Positions 38,751 to 52,517 of a stretch of 64,000 nt of DNA are shown here, piece by piece. Under the pieces are notes generated by a model that was not told the origin of the DNA, made no database searches, and worked only from the letters and a program-made list of their open reading frames with translations. Every line of letters begins with the position of its first letter. The first letter of the stretch is position 1. This stretch comes from the human T2T-CHM13v2.0 reference genome, Homo sapiens, in assembly GCF_009914755.1 (NCBI RefSeq), contig NC_060930.1; one strand, written 5' to 3'. Made by a program: the position numbers and the translations under genes.

Positions 38751-41301
38751 TCTTGTAGTAGCTGCAAGTGGATATTTGGACCTATTGGAGGCCTTCTTTG
38801 GAAATGGGATTTCTTCATGTAACTCTAGATTGAAGAATTCTCAGAAACTCCTTTGTGATGTGTGCATTCAATTCAAAGAGTGAAACCTCCCTTTTCACAG
38901 AGCAGTTTTGAAACACTGTTTTTGTAGGATTTCCAAGGGGATATTTATAGCGCATTGAGCCTACGGCGGAAAAAGAAACATCTTCCTATAAAAACTAGAG
39001 AGAATACTTCTCAGAATCTGCTTTGCGATGTGTGCGTTCAACTCACAGAGTAAAACTTTTCTTTTGATAGAGCAGTTTTGAAACACTCTTTTTGTAGTAT
39101 TTGCATGTGTATATTTAGAGCGCATTGAAGCCCACAGTAGAAAAGGAAATAACTTCACCTAAAACCTAGACAGAAGCAATCTCAGAAACTACTTTGTGAT
39201 GTGTACATTCAACTCACAGAGTGGAACTTTCCTCTTTATAGAGCAGTGTTGAAACACTCTTTTTGTAGAAACTGCAAGTGGATATTTGGACCTCTTTGAG
39301 GCCTTCGTTGGAAACGGGATTTCTTCCTATAACCCTAGACAGAAGAATTTTCAGAAACCTCATTGTGATGTGTGCGTTCATCTCACAGAGTGGAGTCTTC
39401 CGTTTGATAGAGAAGTTTTGAAACCCTGTTCTTGTAGGATTTCCAAGTGGATATTTAGACCACTTTGAAGCCTATGATAGAAAAGGAAACATCTTCATGG
39501 AAAACATAGATAGAATCATCCTCAGAAACAACTTTGTGATGTGTGCGTTGAACTCACCGTCTTTAACCTTTCTTTTGGTAGAGAAGTTTTGAAACACTCT
39601 CTTTGTAAAGTCTACAAGTGGATATTTTGAGCCCTTGGAGGCATTCTTTGGAAAAGGGAATGTCTTCACATAAAAGGCAGACGGAAGTGTTCTCAGAAAC
39701 TGCTTTGTGATGTCTGTGTTCAACTCACAGAGTTTAACATTTCCTTTGATAGAGCGGTTTAGTAACCCTCTCTTTGTAGAATTTGGAAGTGTATACTAAG
39801 AGCGCTTTGAGGCCTATGGTAGAAAAGGAAATATCTTTCCATAAAAGCTAGACAGAAGCAATCTCAGAAACTCCTTTGCGATGTCTGCATTCAACTCACC
39901 GAGTGGAACATTCCTCTTGAGAGAGCAGTTTGGAAACACTCTTTCTGTAGAATCAGCTTGTTTGTATTTGGACCTCCTTGAGGCCTTCGTTGGAAACGGG
40001 TTTTCATCTTATAAACCCAGACAGAAGAATTCTCAGAGTCTTCTTTGTGATGTGTGCTTTCAACTCACCGAGATAAAGATTTCTCTTGATAGAGCAATTT
40101 GGAAACACTCTTTTTGTAGAATTTGCAAGGGTACATTGAGAGCGCTTTCAGGCCTATGGTAGAAAAGGGAATATCTTTCCATAAAAGGTAGACAGAAGCA
40201 ATCTCAGAAACTACTTTGTGATGTGTGCATTCAACTCACCGAGTGCAACGTTCCTCTTGACCGAGCAGTTTGGAAACATTGTTTCTGTAGAATCTGCAAG
40301 TGGATATTTGGACCTCTTTGAGGCCTTCGTTGGAAACGGGATTTCTTCCTATAAACCCAGACAGAAGAATTCTCAGAGACTTCTTTGTGATGTGTGAATT
40401 CAACTCACAGTGTGGATCCTTCCTTTTGATAGAGCAGTTTTGAAACCCTGTTTTTGTAGTATTTCCAAGCGGATATTTGGAACGCCTTGAAGCGTATGGT
40501 AGAAAAGGAAATATCTTCCCATAAAACCTAGACAGAACCAATCTCAGAAACGACTTTGTGATGTCTGCATTCAAGTCACAGAGTTGAACATTTCTCTTGA
40601 TAGAGCAGTTTTGAAACCCTCTTTCTGAAGGATCTGCAAGTGGATATTTGGAACTCCTTTGGGTCTTCGTTGGAAACGGGATTTCTTCGTATAAATCTAG
40701 ACAGAAGAATTCTCAGAAACTTCCTTGTGATGTGTGCATTCAACTCAGCGAGTGGCACCTTCCTTTGGATACAGCAGTTTTGAAACACTGTTTTTGTAGT
40801 ATTTCCAAGCGGATATTTAGAGCGCCTTGAAGCCTATGCTAGAAATGGAAATATCTCCCCATAAAACCAAGACGGAAGCAATCTCAGAAACTAATGTGTG
40901 ATGGCTGCATTCCACACACACGGTGGACCATTTCTCTTGATAGAGCAGTTTTGAAACACTCTTTCTGTAGAATCTGCAAGTGGATAATTGGACCTCCGAG
41001 AGGCCTTCGTTGGAAACGGGATTTCTTCATCTAAACCTACAGAGAAGTATTCTCAGTAACTTCTTCGGATGTGTGCATTCGACGCACAGAATGGAACATT
41101 CCCTTTGATAGAGCAGTTTTGAGACACCGTTTTTGTAGAATTCCCAAGTGGATATTTAGAGCACTTTGAAGTCTCTGCTAGAAAAGGAAACATCATCATG
41201 TAAAAAGTAGATAGAATCGTTCTCAGAAAGTGCTTAGTGTCGTGTGCGTTCAACTGACAGAGTTTAACGTTTCTTTTGATAGAGCGTTTCTGAAACACCC
41301 T
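38751..41301 (+). repeat. HOR unit U15, 15-mer (S)
   Basis: Period 2551. Confidence 0.95.
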
Positions 41302-44300
41302 TCTTGTAGTAGCTGCAAGTGGATATTTGGACCTATTGGAGGCCTTCTTTGGAAATGGGATTTCTTCATGTAACTCTAGATTGAAGAATTCTCAGAAACT
41401 CCTTTGTGATGTGTGCATTCAATTCAAAGAGTGAAACCTCTCTTTTCACAGAGCAGTTTTGAAACACTGTTTTTGTAGGATTTCCAAGGGGATATTTATA
41501 GCGCATTGAGCCTACGGCGGAAAAAGAAACATCTTCCTATAAAAACTAGACAGAATACTTCTCAGAATCTGCTTTGCGATGTGTGCGTTCAACTCACAGA
41601 GTAAAACTTTTCTTTTGATAGAGCAGTTTTGAAACACTCTTTTTGTAGTATTTGCATGTGTATATTTAGAGCGCATTGAAGCCCACAGTAGAAAAGGAAA
41701 TAACTTCACCTAAAACCTAGACAGAAGCAATCACAGAAACTACTTTGTGATGTGTACATTCAACTCACAGAGTGGAACTTTCCTCTTTATAGAGCAGTGT
41801 TGAAACACTCTTTTTGTAGAAACTGCAAGTGGATATTTGGACCTCTTTGAGGCCTTCGTTGGAAACGGGATTTCTTCCTATAACCCTAGACAGAAGAATT
41901 TTCAGAAACCTCATTGTGATGTGTGCGTTCATCTCACAGAGTGGAGTCTTCCGTTTGATAGAGAAGTTTTGAAACCCTGTTCTTGTAGGATTTCCAAGTG
42001 GATATTTAGACCACTTTGAAGCCTATGATAGAAAAGGAAACATCTTCATGGAAAACATAGATAGAATCATCCTCAGAAACAACTTTGTGATGTGTGCGTT
42101 GAACTCACCGTCTTTAACCTTTCTTTTGGTAGAGAAGTTTTGAAACACTCTCTTTGTAAAGTCTACAAGTGGATATTTTGAGCCCTTGGAGGCATTCTTT
42201 GGAAAAGGGAATGTCTTCACATAAAAGGCAGACAGAAGTGTTCTCAGAAACTGCTTTGTGATGTCTGTGTTCAACTCACAGAGTTTAACATTTCCTTTGA
42301 TAGAGCGGTTTAGTAACCCTCTCTTTGTAGAATTTGGAAGTGTATACTAAGAGCGCTTTGAGGCCTATGGTAGAAAAGGAAATATCTTTCCATAAAAGCT
42401 AGACAGAAGCAATCTCAGAAACTCCTTTGTGATGTCTGCATTCAACTCACCGAGTGGAACATTCCTCTTGAGAGAGCAGTTTGGAAACACTCTTTCTGTA
42501 GAATCAGCTTGTTTGTATTTGGACCTCCTTGAGGCCTTCGTTGGAAACGGGTTTTCATCTTATAAACCCAGACAGAAGAATTCTCAGAGTCTTCTTTGTG
42601 ATGTGTGCTTTCAACTCACCGAGATAAAGATTTCTCTTGATAGAGCAATTTGGAAACACTCTTTTTGTAGAATTTGCAAGGGTACATTGAGAGCGCTTTC
42701 AGGCCTATGGTAGAAAAGGGAATATCTTTCCATAAAAGGTAGACAGAAGCAATCTCAGAAACTACTTTGTGATGTGTGCATTCAACTCACCGAGTGCAAC
42801 GTTCCTCTTGACCGAGCAGTTTGGAAACATTGTTTCTGTAGAATCTGCAAGTGGATATTTGGACCTCTTTGAGGCCTTCGTTGGAAACGGGATTTCTTCC
42901 TATAAACCCAGACAGAAGAATTCTCAGAGACTTCTTTGTGATGTGTGAATTCAACTCACAGTGTGGATCCTTCCTTTTGATAGAGCAGTTTTGAAACCCT
43001 GTTTTTGTAGTATTTCCAAGCGGATATTTGGAACGCCTTGAAGCGTATGGTAGAAAAGGAAATATCTTCCCATAAAACCTAGACAGAACCAATCTCAGAA
43101 ACGACTTTGTGATGTCTGCATTCAACTCACAGAGTTGAACATTTCTCTTGATAGAGCAGTTTTGAAACCCTCTTTCTGAAGGATCTGCAAGTGGATATTT
43201 GGAACTCCTTTGGGTCTTCGTTGGAAACGGGATTTCTTCGTATAAATCTAGACAGAAGAATTCTCCGAAACTTCTTTGGTTGTGTGCATTCAAGTCACAG
43301 AGTGGAACCTTCCTTTGGATAGAGCAGTTTGAAACGCCGTGGTTGTAGTATTTCCAAGCGGATATTAGAGCGCCTTGAGGCCTATGGTAGAAAAGGAAAT
43401 ATCTTCCCATAAAACCTAGACGGAAGCAATCTCAGAAACTACTGTGTGATGGCTGCATTCCACACACACGGTGGAACATTTCTCTTGATAGAGCAGTTTT
43501 GAAACACTCTTTCTGTAGAATCTGCAAGTGGATAATTGGACCGCCTTGAGGCCTTCGTTGGAAACGGGATTTCTTCATGTTACTCTAGATAGAAGAATTC
43601 TCAAACACTGCTATGTGATGTTTGCATTCAAGTCACAGAGTGCAACATTCCTCTTGGTAGAGCAGTTGGGAAACACTCCTTTTGTAGAATCTGCAATGGG
43701 ATATTTGGACTTCTTTGAGGCCTTCGTTGGAAACGGGATTTCTTCGTATGAATCTAGACAGAAGAATTCTCAGAAACTTCCTTGTGATGTGTGCATTCAA
43801 CTCAGCGAGTGGCACCTTCCTTTGGATACAGCAGTTTTGAAACACTGTTTTTGTAGTATTTCCAAGCGGATATTTAGAGCGCCTTGAAGCCTATGCTAGA
43901 AATGGAAATATCTCCCCATAAAACCAAGACAGAAGCAATCTCAGAAACTAATGTGTGATGGCTGCATTCCACACACACGGTGGACCATTTCTCTTGATAG
44001 AGCAGTTTTGAAACACTCTTTCTGTAGAATCTGCAAGTGGATAATTGGACCTCCTAGAGGCCTTCGTTGGAAACGGGATTTCTTCATCTAAACCTACAGA
44101 GAAGAATTCTCAGTAACTTCTTCGGATGTGTGCATTCGACGCACAGAATGGAACATTCCCTTTGATAGAGCAGTTTTGAGACACCGTTTTTGTAGAATTC
44201 CCAAGTGGATATTTAGAGCACTTTGAAGTCTCTGCTAGAAAAGGAAACATCTTCATGTAAAAAGTAGATAGAATCGTTCTCAGAAAGTGCTTAGTGACGT

Positions 44301-44358
44301 GTGCGTTCAACTCACAGAGTTTAACGTTTCTTTTGATAGAGCGTTTCTGAAACACCCT
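41302..44358 (+). repeat. HOR unit U16, 18-mer (L)
   Basis: Period 3057. Confidence 0.95.
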
Positions 44359-46909
44359 TCTTGTAGTAGCTGCAAGTGGATATTTGGACCTATTGGAGGC
44401 CTTCTTTGGAAATGGGATTTCTTCATGTAACTCTAGATTGAAGAGTTCTCAGAAACTCCTTTGTGATGTGTGCATTCAATTCAAAGAGTGAAACCTCCCT
44501 TTTCACAGAGCAGTTTTGAAACACTGTTTTTGTAGGATTTCCAAGGGGATATTTATAGCGCATTGAGCCTACGGCGGAAAAAGAAACATCTTCCTATAAA
44601 AACTAGACAGAATACTTCTCAGAATCTGCTTTGCGATGTGTGCGTTCAACTCACAGAGTAAAACTTTTCTTTTGATAGAGCAGTTTTGAAACACTCTTTT
44701 TGTAGTATTTGCATGTGTATATTTAGAGCGCATTGAAGCCCACAGTAGAAAAGGAAATAACTTCACCTAAAACCTAGACAGAAGCAATCTCAGAAACTAC
44801 TTTGTGATGTGTACATTCAACTCACAGAGTGGAACTTTCCTCTTTATAGAGCAGTGTTGAAACACTCTTTTTGTAGAAACTGCAAGTGGATATTTGGACC
44901 TCTTTGAGGCCTTCGTTGGAAACGGGATTTCTTCCTATAACCCTAGACAGAAGAATTTTCAGAAACCTCATTGTGATGTGTGCGTTCATCTCACAGAGTG
45001 GAGTCTTCCGTTTGATAGAGAAGTTTTGAAACCCTGTTCTTGTAGGATTTCCAAGTGGATATTTAGACCACTTTGAAGCCTATGATAGAAAAGGAAACAT
45101 CTTCATGGAAAACATAGATAGAATCATCCTCAGAAACAACTTTGTGATGTGTGCGTTGAACTCACCGTCTTTAACCTTTCTTTTGGTAGAGAAGTTTTGA
45201 AACACTCTCTTTGTAAAGTCTACAAGTGGATATTTTGAGCCCTTGGAGGCATTCTTTGGAAAAGGGAATGTCTTCACATAAAAGGCAGACGGAAGTGTTC
45301 TCAGAAACTGCTTTGTGATGTCTGTGTTCAACTCACAGAGTTTAACATTTCCTTTGATAGAGCGGTTTAGTAACCCTCTCTTTGTAGAATTTGGAAGTGT
45401 ATACTAAGAGCGCTTTGAGGCCTATGGTAGAAAAGGAAATATCTTTCCATAAAAGCTAGACAGAAGCAATCTCAGAAACTCCTCTGTGATGTCTGCATTC
45501 AACTCACCGAGTGGAACATTCCTCTTGAGAGAGCAGTTTGGAAACACTCTTTCTGTAGAATCAGCTTGTTTGTATTTGGACCTCCTTGAGGCCTTCGTTG
45601 GAAACGGGTTTTCATCTTATAAACCCAGACAGAAGAATTCTCAGAGTCTTCTTTGTGATGTGTGCTTTCAACTCACCGAGATAAAGATTTCTCTTGATAG
45701 AGCAATTTGGAAACACTCTTTTTGTAGAATTTGCAAGGGTACATTGAGAGCGCTTTCAGGCCTATGGTAGAAAAGGGAATATCTTTCCATAAAAGGTAGA
45801 CAGAAGCAATCTCAGAAACTACTTTGTGATGTGTGCATTCAACTCACCGAGTGCAACGTTCCTCTTGACCGAGCAGTTTGGAAACATTGTTTCTGTAGAA
45901 TCTGCAAGTGGATATTTGGACCTCTTTGAGGCCTTCGTTGGAAACGGGATTTCTTCCTATAAACCCAGACAGAAGAATTCTCAGAGACTTCTTTGTGATG
46001 TGTGAATTCAACTCACAGTGTGGATCCTTCCTTTTGATAGAGCAGTTTTGAAACCCTGTTTTTGTAGTATTTCCAAGCGGATATTTGGAACGCCTTGAAG
46101 CGTATGGTAGAAAAGGAAATATCTTCCCATAAAACCTAGACAGAACCAATCTCAGAAACGACTTTGTGATGTCTGCATTCAAGTCACAGAGTTGAACATT
46201 TCTCTTGATAGAGCAGTTTTGAAACCCTCTTTCTGAAGGATCTGCAAGTGGATATTTGGAACTCCTTTGGGTCTTCGTTGGAAACGGGATTTCTTCGTAT
46301 AAATCTAGACAGAAGAATTCTCAGAAACTTCCTTGTGATGTGTGCATTCAACTCAGCGAGTGGCACCTTCCTTTGGATACAGCAGTTTTGAAACACTGTT
46401 TTTGTAGTATTTCCAAGCGGATATTTAGAGCGCCTTGAAGCCTATGCTAGAAATGGAAATATCTCCCCATAAAACCAAGACGGAAGCAATCTCAGAAACT
46501 AATGTGTGATGGCTGCATTCCACACACACGGTGGACCATTTCTCTTGATAGAGCAGTTTTGAAACACTCTTTCTGTAGAATCTGCAAGTGGATAATTGGA
46601 CCTCCGAGAGGCCTTCGTTGGAAACGGGATTTCTTCATCTAAACCTACAGAGAAGTATTCTCAGTAACTTCTTCGGATGTGTGCATTCGACGCACAGAAT
46701 GGAACATTCCCTTTGATAGAGCAGTTTTGAGACACCGTTTTTGTAGAATTCCCAAGTGGATATTTAGAGCACTTTGAAGTCTCTGCTAGAAAAGGAAACA
46801 TCATCATGTAAAAAGTAGATAGAATCGTTCTCAGAAAGTGCTTAGTGTCGTGTGCGTTCAACTCACAGAGTTTAACGTTTCTTTTGATAGAGCGTTTCTG
46901 AAACACCCT
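44359..46909 (+). repeat. HOR unit U17, 15-mer (S)
   Basis: Period 2551. Confidence 0.95.
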
Positions 46910-49900
46910 TCTTGTAGTAGCTGCAAGTGGATATTTGGACCTATTGGAGGCCTTCTTTGGAAATGGGATTTCTTCATGTAACTCTAGATTGAAGAATTCT
47001 CAGAAACTCCTTTGTGATGTGTGCATTCAATTCAAAGAGTGAAACCTCTCTTTTCACAGAGCAGTTTTGAAACACTGTTTTTGTAGGATTTCCAAGGGGA
47101 TATTTATAGCGCATTGAGCCTACGGCGGAAAAAGAAACATCTTCCTATAAAAACTAGACAGAATACTTCTCAGAATCTGCTTTGCGATGTGTGCGTTCAA
47201 CTCACAGAGTAAAACTTTTCTTTTGATAGAGCAGTTTTGAAACACTCTTTTTGTAGTATTTGCATGTGTATATTTAGAGCGCATTGAAGCCCACAGTAGA
47301 AAAGGAAATAACTTCACCTAAAACCTAGACAGAAGCAATCACAGAAACTACTTTGTGATGTGTACATTCAACTCACAGAGTGGAACTTTCCTCTTTATAG
47401 AGCAGTGTTGAAACACTCTTTTTGTAGAAACTGCAAGTGGATATTTGGACCTCTTTGAGGCCTTCGTTGGAAACGGGATTTCTTCCTATAACCCTAGACA
47501 GAAGAATTTTCAGAAACCTCATTGTGATGTGTGCGTTCATCTCACAGAGTGGAGTCTTCCGTTTGATAGAGAAGTTTTGAAACCCTGTTCTTGTAGGATT
47601 TCCAAGTGGATATTTAGACCACTTTGAAGCCTATGATAGAAAAGGAAACATCTTCATGGAAAACATAGATAGAATCATCCTCAGAAACAACTTTGTGATG
47701 TGTGCGTTGAACTCACCGTCTTTAACCTTTCTTTTGGTAGAGAAGTTTTGAAACACTCTCTTTGTAAAGTCTACAAGTGGATATTTTGAGCCCTTGGAGG
47801 CATTCTTTGGAAAAGGGAATGTCTTCACATAAAAGGCAGACAGAAGTGTTCTCAGAAACTGCTTTGTGATGTCTGTGTTCAACTCACAGAGTTTAACATT
47901 TCCTTTGATAGAGCGGTTTAGTAACCCTCTCTTTGTAGAATTTGGAAGTGTATACTAAGAGCGCTTTGAGGCCTATGGTAGAAAAGGAAATATCTTTCCA
48001 TAAAAGCTAGACAGAAGCAATCTCAGAAACTCCTTTGTGATGTCTGCATTCAACTCACCGAGTGGAACATTCCTCTTGAGAGAGCAGTTTGGAAACACTC
48101 TTTCTGTAGAATCAGCTTGTTTGTATTTGGACCTCCTTGAGGCCTTCGTTGGAAACGGGTTTTCATCTTATAAACCCAGACAGAAGAATTCTCAGAGTCT
48201 TCTTTGTGATGTGTGCTTTCAACTCACCGAGATAAAGATTTCTCTTGATAGAGCAATTTGGAAACACTCTTTTTGTAGAATTTGCAAGGGTACATTGAGA
48301 GCGCTTTCAGGCCTATGGTAGAAAAGGGAATATCTTTCCATAAAAGGTAGACAGAAGCAATCTCAGAAACTACTTTGTGATGTGTGCATTCAACTCACCG
48401 AGTGCAACGTTCCTCTTGACCGAGCAGTTTGGAAACATTGTTTCTGTAGAATCTGCAAGTGGATATTTGGACCTCTTTGAGGCCTTCGTTGGAAACGGGA
48501 TTTCTTCCTATAAACCCAGACAGAAGAATTCTCAGAGACTTCTTTGTGATGTGTGAATTCAACTCACAGTGTGGATCCTTCCTTTTGATAGAGCAGTTTT
48601 GAAACCCTGTTTTTGTAGTATTTCCAAGCGGATATTTGGAACGCCTTGAAGCGTATGGTAGAAAAGGAAATATCTTCCCATAAAACCTAGACAGAACCAA
48701 TCTCAGAAACGACTTTGTGATGTCTGCATTCAACTCACAGAGTTGAACATTTCTCTTGATAGAGCAGTTTTGAAACCCTCTTTCTGAAGGATCTGCAAGT
48801 GGATATTTGGAACTCCTTTGGGTCTTCGTTGGAAACGGGATTTCTTCGTATAAATCTAGACAGAAGAATTCTCCGAAACTTCTTTGGTTGTGTGCATTCA
48901 AGTCACAGAGTGGAACCTTCCTTTGGATAGAGCAGTTTGAAACGCCGTGGTTGTAGTATTTCCAAGCGGATATTAGAGCGCCTTGAGGCCTATGGTAGAA
49001 AAGGAAATATCTTCCCATAAAACCTAGACGGAAGCAATCTCAGAAACTACTGTGTGATGGCTGCATTCCACACACACGGTGGAACATTTCTCTTGATAGA
49101 GCAGTTTTGAAACACTCTTTCTGTAGAATCTGCAAGTGGATAATTGGACCGCCTTGAGGCCTTCGTTGGAAACGGGATTTCTTCATGTTACTCTAGATAG
49201 AAGAATTCTCAAACACTGCTATGTGATGTTTGCATTCAAGTCACAGAGTGCAACATTCCTCTTGGTAGAGCAGTTGGGAAACACTCCTTTTGTAGAATCT
49301 GCAATGGGATATTTGGACTTCTTTGAGGCCTTCGTTGGAAACGGGATTTCTTCGTATGAATCTAGACAGAAGAATTCTCAGAAACTTCCTTGTGATGTGT
49401 GCATTCAACTCAGCGAGTGGCACCTTCCTTTGGATACAGCAGTTTTGAAACACTGTTTTTGTAGTATTTCCAAGCGGATATTTAGAGCGCCTTGAAGCCT
49501 ATGCTAGAAATGGAAATATCTCCCCATAAAACCAAGACAGAAGCAATCTCAGAAACTAATGTGTGATGGCTGCATTCCACACACACGGTGGACCATTTCT
49601 CTTGATAGAGCAGTTTTGAAACACTCTTTCTGTAGAATCTGCAAGTGGATAATTGGACCTCCTAGAGGCCTTCGTTGGAAACGGGATTTCTTCATCTAAA
49701 CCTACAGAGAAGAATTCTCAGTAACTTCTTCGGATGTGTGCATTCGACGCACAGAATGGAACATTCCCTTTGATAGAGCAGTTTTGAGACACCGTTTTTG
49801 TAGAATTCCCAAGTGGATATTTAGAGCACTTTGAAGTCTCTGCTAGAAAAGGAAACATCTTCATGTAAAAAGTAGATAGAATCGTTCTCAGAAAGTGCTT

Positions 49901-49966
49901 AGTGACGTGTGCGTTCAACTCACAGAGTTTAACGTTTCTTTTGATAGAGCGTTTCTGAAACACCCT
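46910..49966 (+). repeat. HOR unit U18, 18-mer (L)
   Basis: Period 3057. Confidence 0.95.
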
Positions 49967-52517
49967 TCTTGTAGTAGCTGCAAGTGGATATTTGGACCTA
50001 TTGGAGGCCTTCTTTGGAAATGGGATTTCTTCATGTAACTCTAGATTGAAGAGTTCTCAGAAACTCCTTTGTGATGTGTGCATTCAATTCAAAGAGTGAA
50101 ACCTCCCTTTTCACAGAGCAGTTTTGAAACACTGTTTTTGTAGGATTTCCAAGGGGATATTTATAGCGCATTGAGCCTACGGCGGAAAAAGAAACATCTT
50201 CCTATAAAAACTAGACAGAATACTTCTCAGAATCTGCTTTGCGATGTGTGCGTTCAACTCACAGAGTAAAACTTTTCTTTTGATAGAGCAGTTTTGAAAC
50301 ACTCTTTTTGTAGTATTTGCATGTGTATATTTAGAGCGCATTGAAGCCCACAGTAGAAAAGGAAATAACTTCACCTAAAACCTAGACAGAAGCAATCTCA
50401 GAAACTACTTTGTGATGTGTACATTCAACTCACAGAGTGGAACTTTCCTCTTTATAGAGCAGTGTTGAAACACTCTTTTTGTAGAAACTGCAAGTGGATA
50501 TTTGGACCTCTTTGAGGCCTTCGTTGGAAACGGGATTTCTTCCTATAACCCTAGACAGAAGAATTTTCAGAAACCTCATTGTGATGTGTGCGTTCATCTC
50601 ACAGAGTGGAGTCTTCCGTTTGATAGAGAAGTTTTGAAACCCTGTTCTTGTAGGATTTCCAAGTGGATATTTAGACCACTTTGAAGCCTATGATAGAAAA
50701 GGAAACATCTTCATGGAAAACATAGATAGAATCATCCTCAGAAACAACTTTGTGATGTGTGCGTTGAACTCACCGTCTTTAACCTTTCTTTTGGTAGAGA
50801 AGTTTTGAAACACTCTCTTTGTAAAGTCTACAAGTGGATATTTTGAGCCCTTGGAGGCATTCTTTGGAAAAGGGAATGTCTTCACATAAAAGGCAGACGG
50901 AAGTGTTCTCAGAAACTGCTTTGTGATGTCTGTGTTCAACTCACAGAGTTTAACATTTCCTTTGATAGAGCGGTTTAGTAACCCTCTCTTTGTAGAATTT
51001 GGAAGTGTATACTAAGAGCGCTTTGAGGCCTATGGTAGAAAAGGAAATATCTTTCCATAAAAGCTAGACAGAAGCAATCTCAGAAACTCCTCTGTGATGT
51101 CTGCATTCAACTCACCGAGTGGAACATTCCTCTTGAGAGAGCAGTTTGGAAACACTCTTTCTGTAGAATCAGCTTGTTTGTATTTGGACCTCCTTGAGGC
51201 CTTCGTTGGAAACGGGTTTTCATCTTATAAACCCAGACAGAAGAATTCTCAGAGTCTTCTTTGTGATGTGTGCTTTCAACTCACCGAGATAAAGATTTCT
51301 CTTGATAGAGCAATTTGGAAACACTCTTTTTGTAGAATTTGCAAGGGTACATTGAGAGCGCTTTCAGGCCTATGGTAGAAAAGGGAATATCTTTCCATAA
51401 AAGGTAGACAGAAGCAATCTCAGAAACTACTTTGTGATGTGTGCATTCAACTCACCGAGTGCAACGTTCCTCTTGACCGAGCAGTTTGGAAACATTGTTT
51501 CTGTAGAATCTGCAAGTGGATATTTGGACCTCTTTGAGGCCTTCGTTGGAAACGGGATTTCTTCCTATAAACCCAGACAGAAGAATTCTCAGAGACTTCT
51601 TTGTGATGTGTGAATTCAACTCACAGTGTGGATCCTTCCTTTTGATAGAGCAGTTTTGAAACCCTGTTTTTGTAGTATTTCCAAGCGGATATTTGGAACG
51701 CCTTGAAGCGTATGGTAGAAAAGGAAATATCTTCCCATAAAACCTAGACAGAACCAATCTCAGAAACGACTTTGTGATGTCTGCATTCAAGTCACAGAGT
51801 TGAACATTTCTCTTGATAGAGCAGTTTTGAAACCCTCTTTCTGAAGGATCTGCAAGTGGATATTTGGAACTCCTTTGGGTCTTCGTTGGAAACGGGATTT
51901 CTTCGTATAAATCTAGACAGAAGAATTCTCAGAAACTTCCTTGTGATGTGTGCATTCAACTCAGCGAGTGGCACCTTCCTTTGGATACAGCAGTTTTGAA
52001 ACACTGTTTTTGTAGTATTTCCAAGCGGATATTTAGAGCGCCTTGAAGCCTATGCTAGAAATGGAAATATCTCCCCATAAAACCAAGACGGAAGCAATCT
52101 CAGAAACTAATGTGTGATGGCTGCATTCCACACACACGGTGGACCATTTCTCTTGATAGAGCAGTTTTGAAACACTCTTTCTGTAGAATCTGCAAGTGGA
52201 TAATTGGACCTCCGAGAGGCCTTCGTTGGAAACGGGATTTCTTCATCTAAACCTACAGAGAAGTATTCTCAGTAACTTCTTCGGATGTGTGCATTCGACG
52301 CACAGAATGGAACATTCCCTTTGATAGAGCAGTTTTGAGACACCGTTTTTGTAGAATTCCCAAGTGGATATTTAGAGCACTTTGAAGTCTCTGCTAGAAA
52401 AGGAAACATCATCATGTAAAAAGTAGATAGAATCGTTCTCAGAAAGTGCTTAGTGTCGTGTGCGTTCAACTGACAGAGTTTAACGTTTCTTTTGATAGAG
52501 CGTTTCTGAAACACCCT
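49967..52517 (+). repeat. HOR unit U19, 15-mer (S)
   Basis: Period 2551. Confidence 0.95.
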
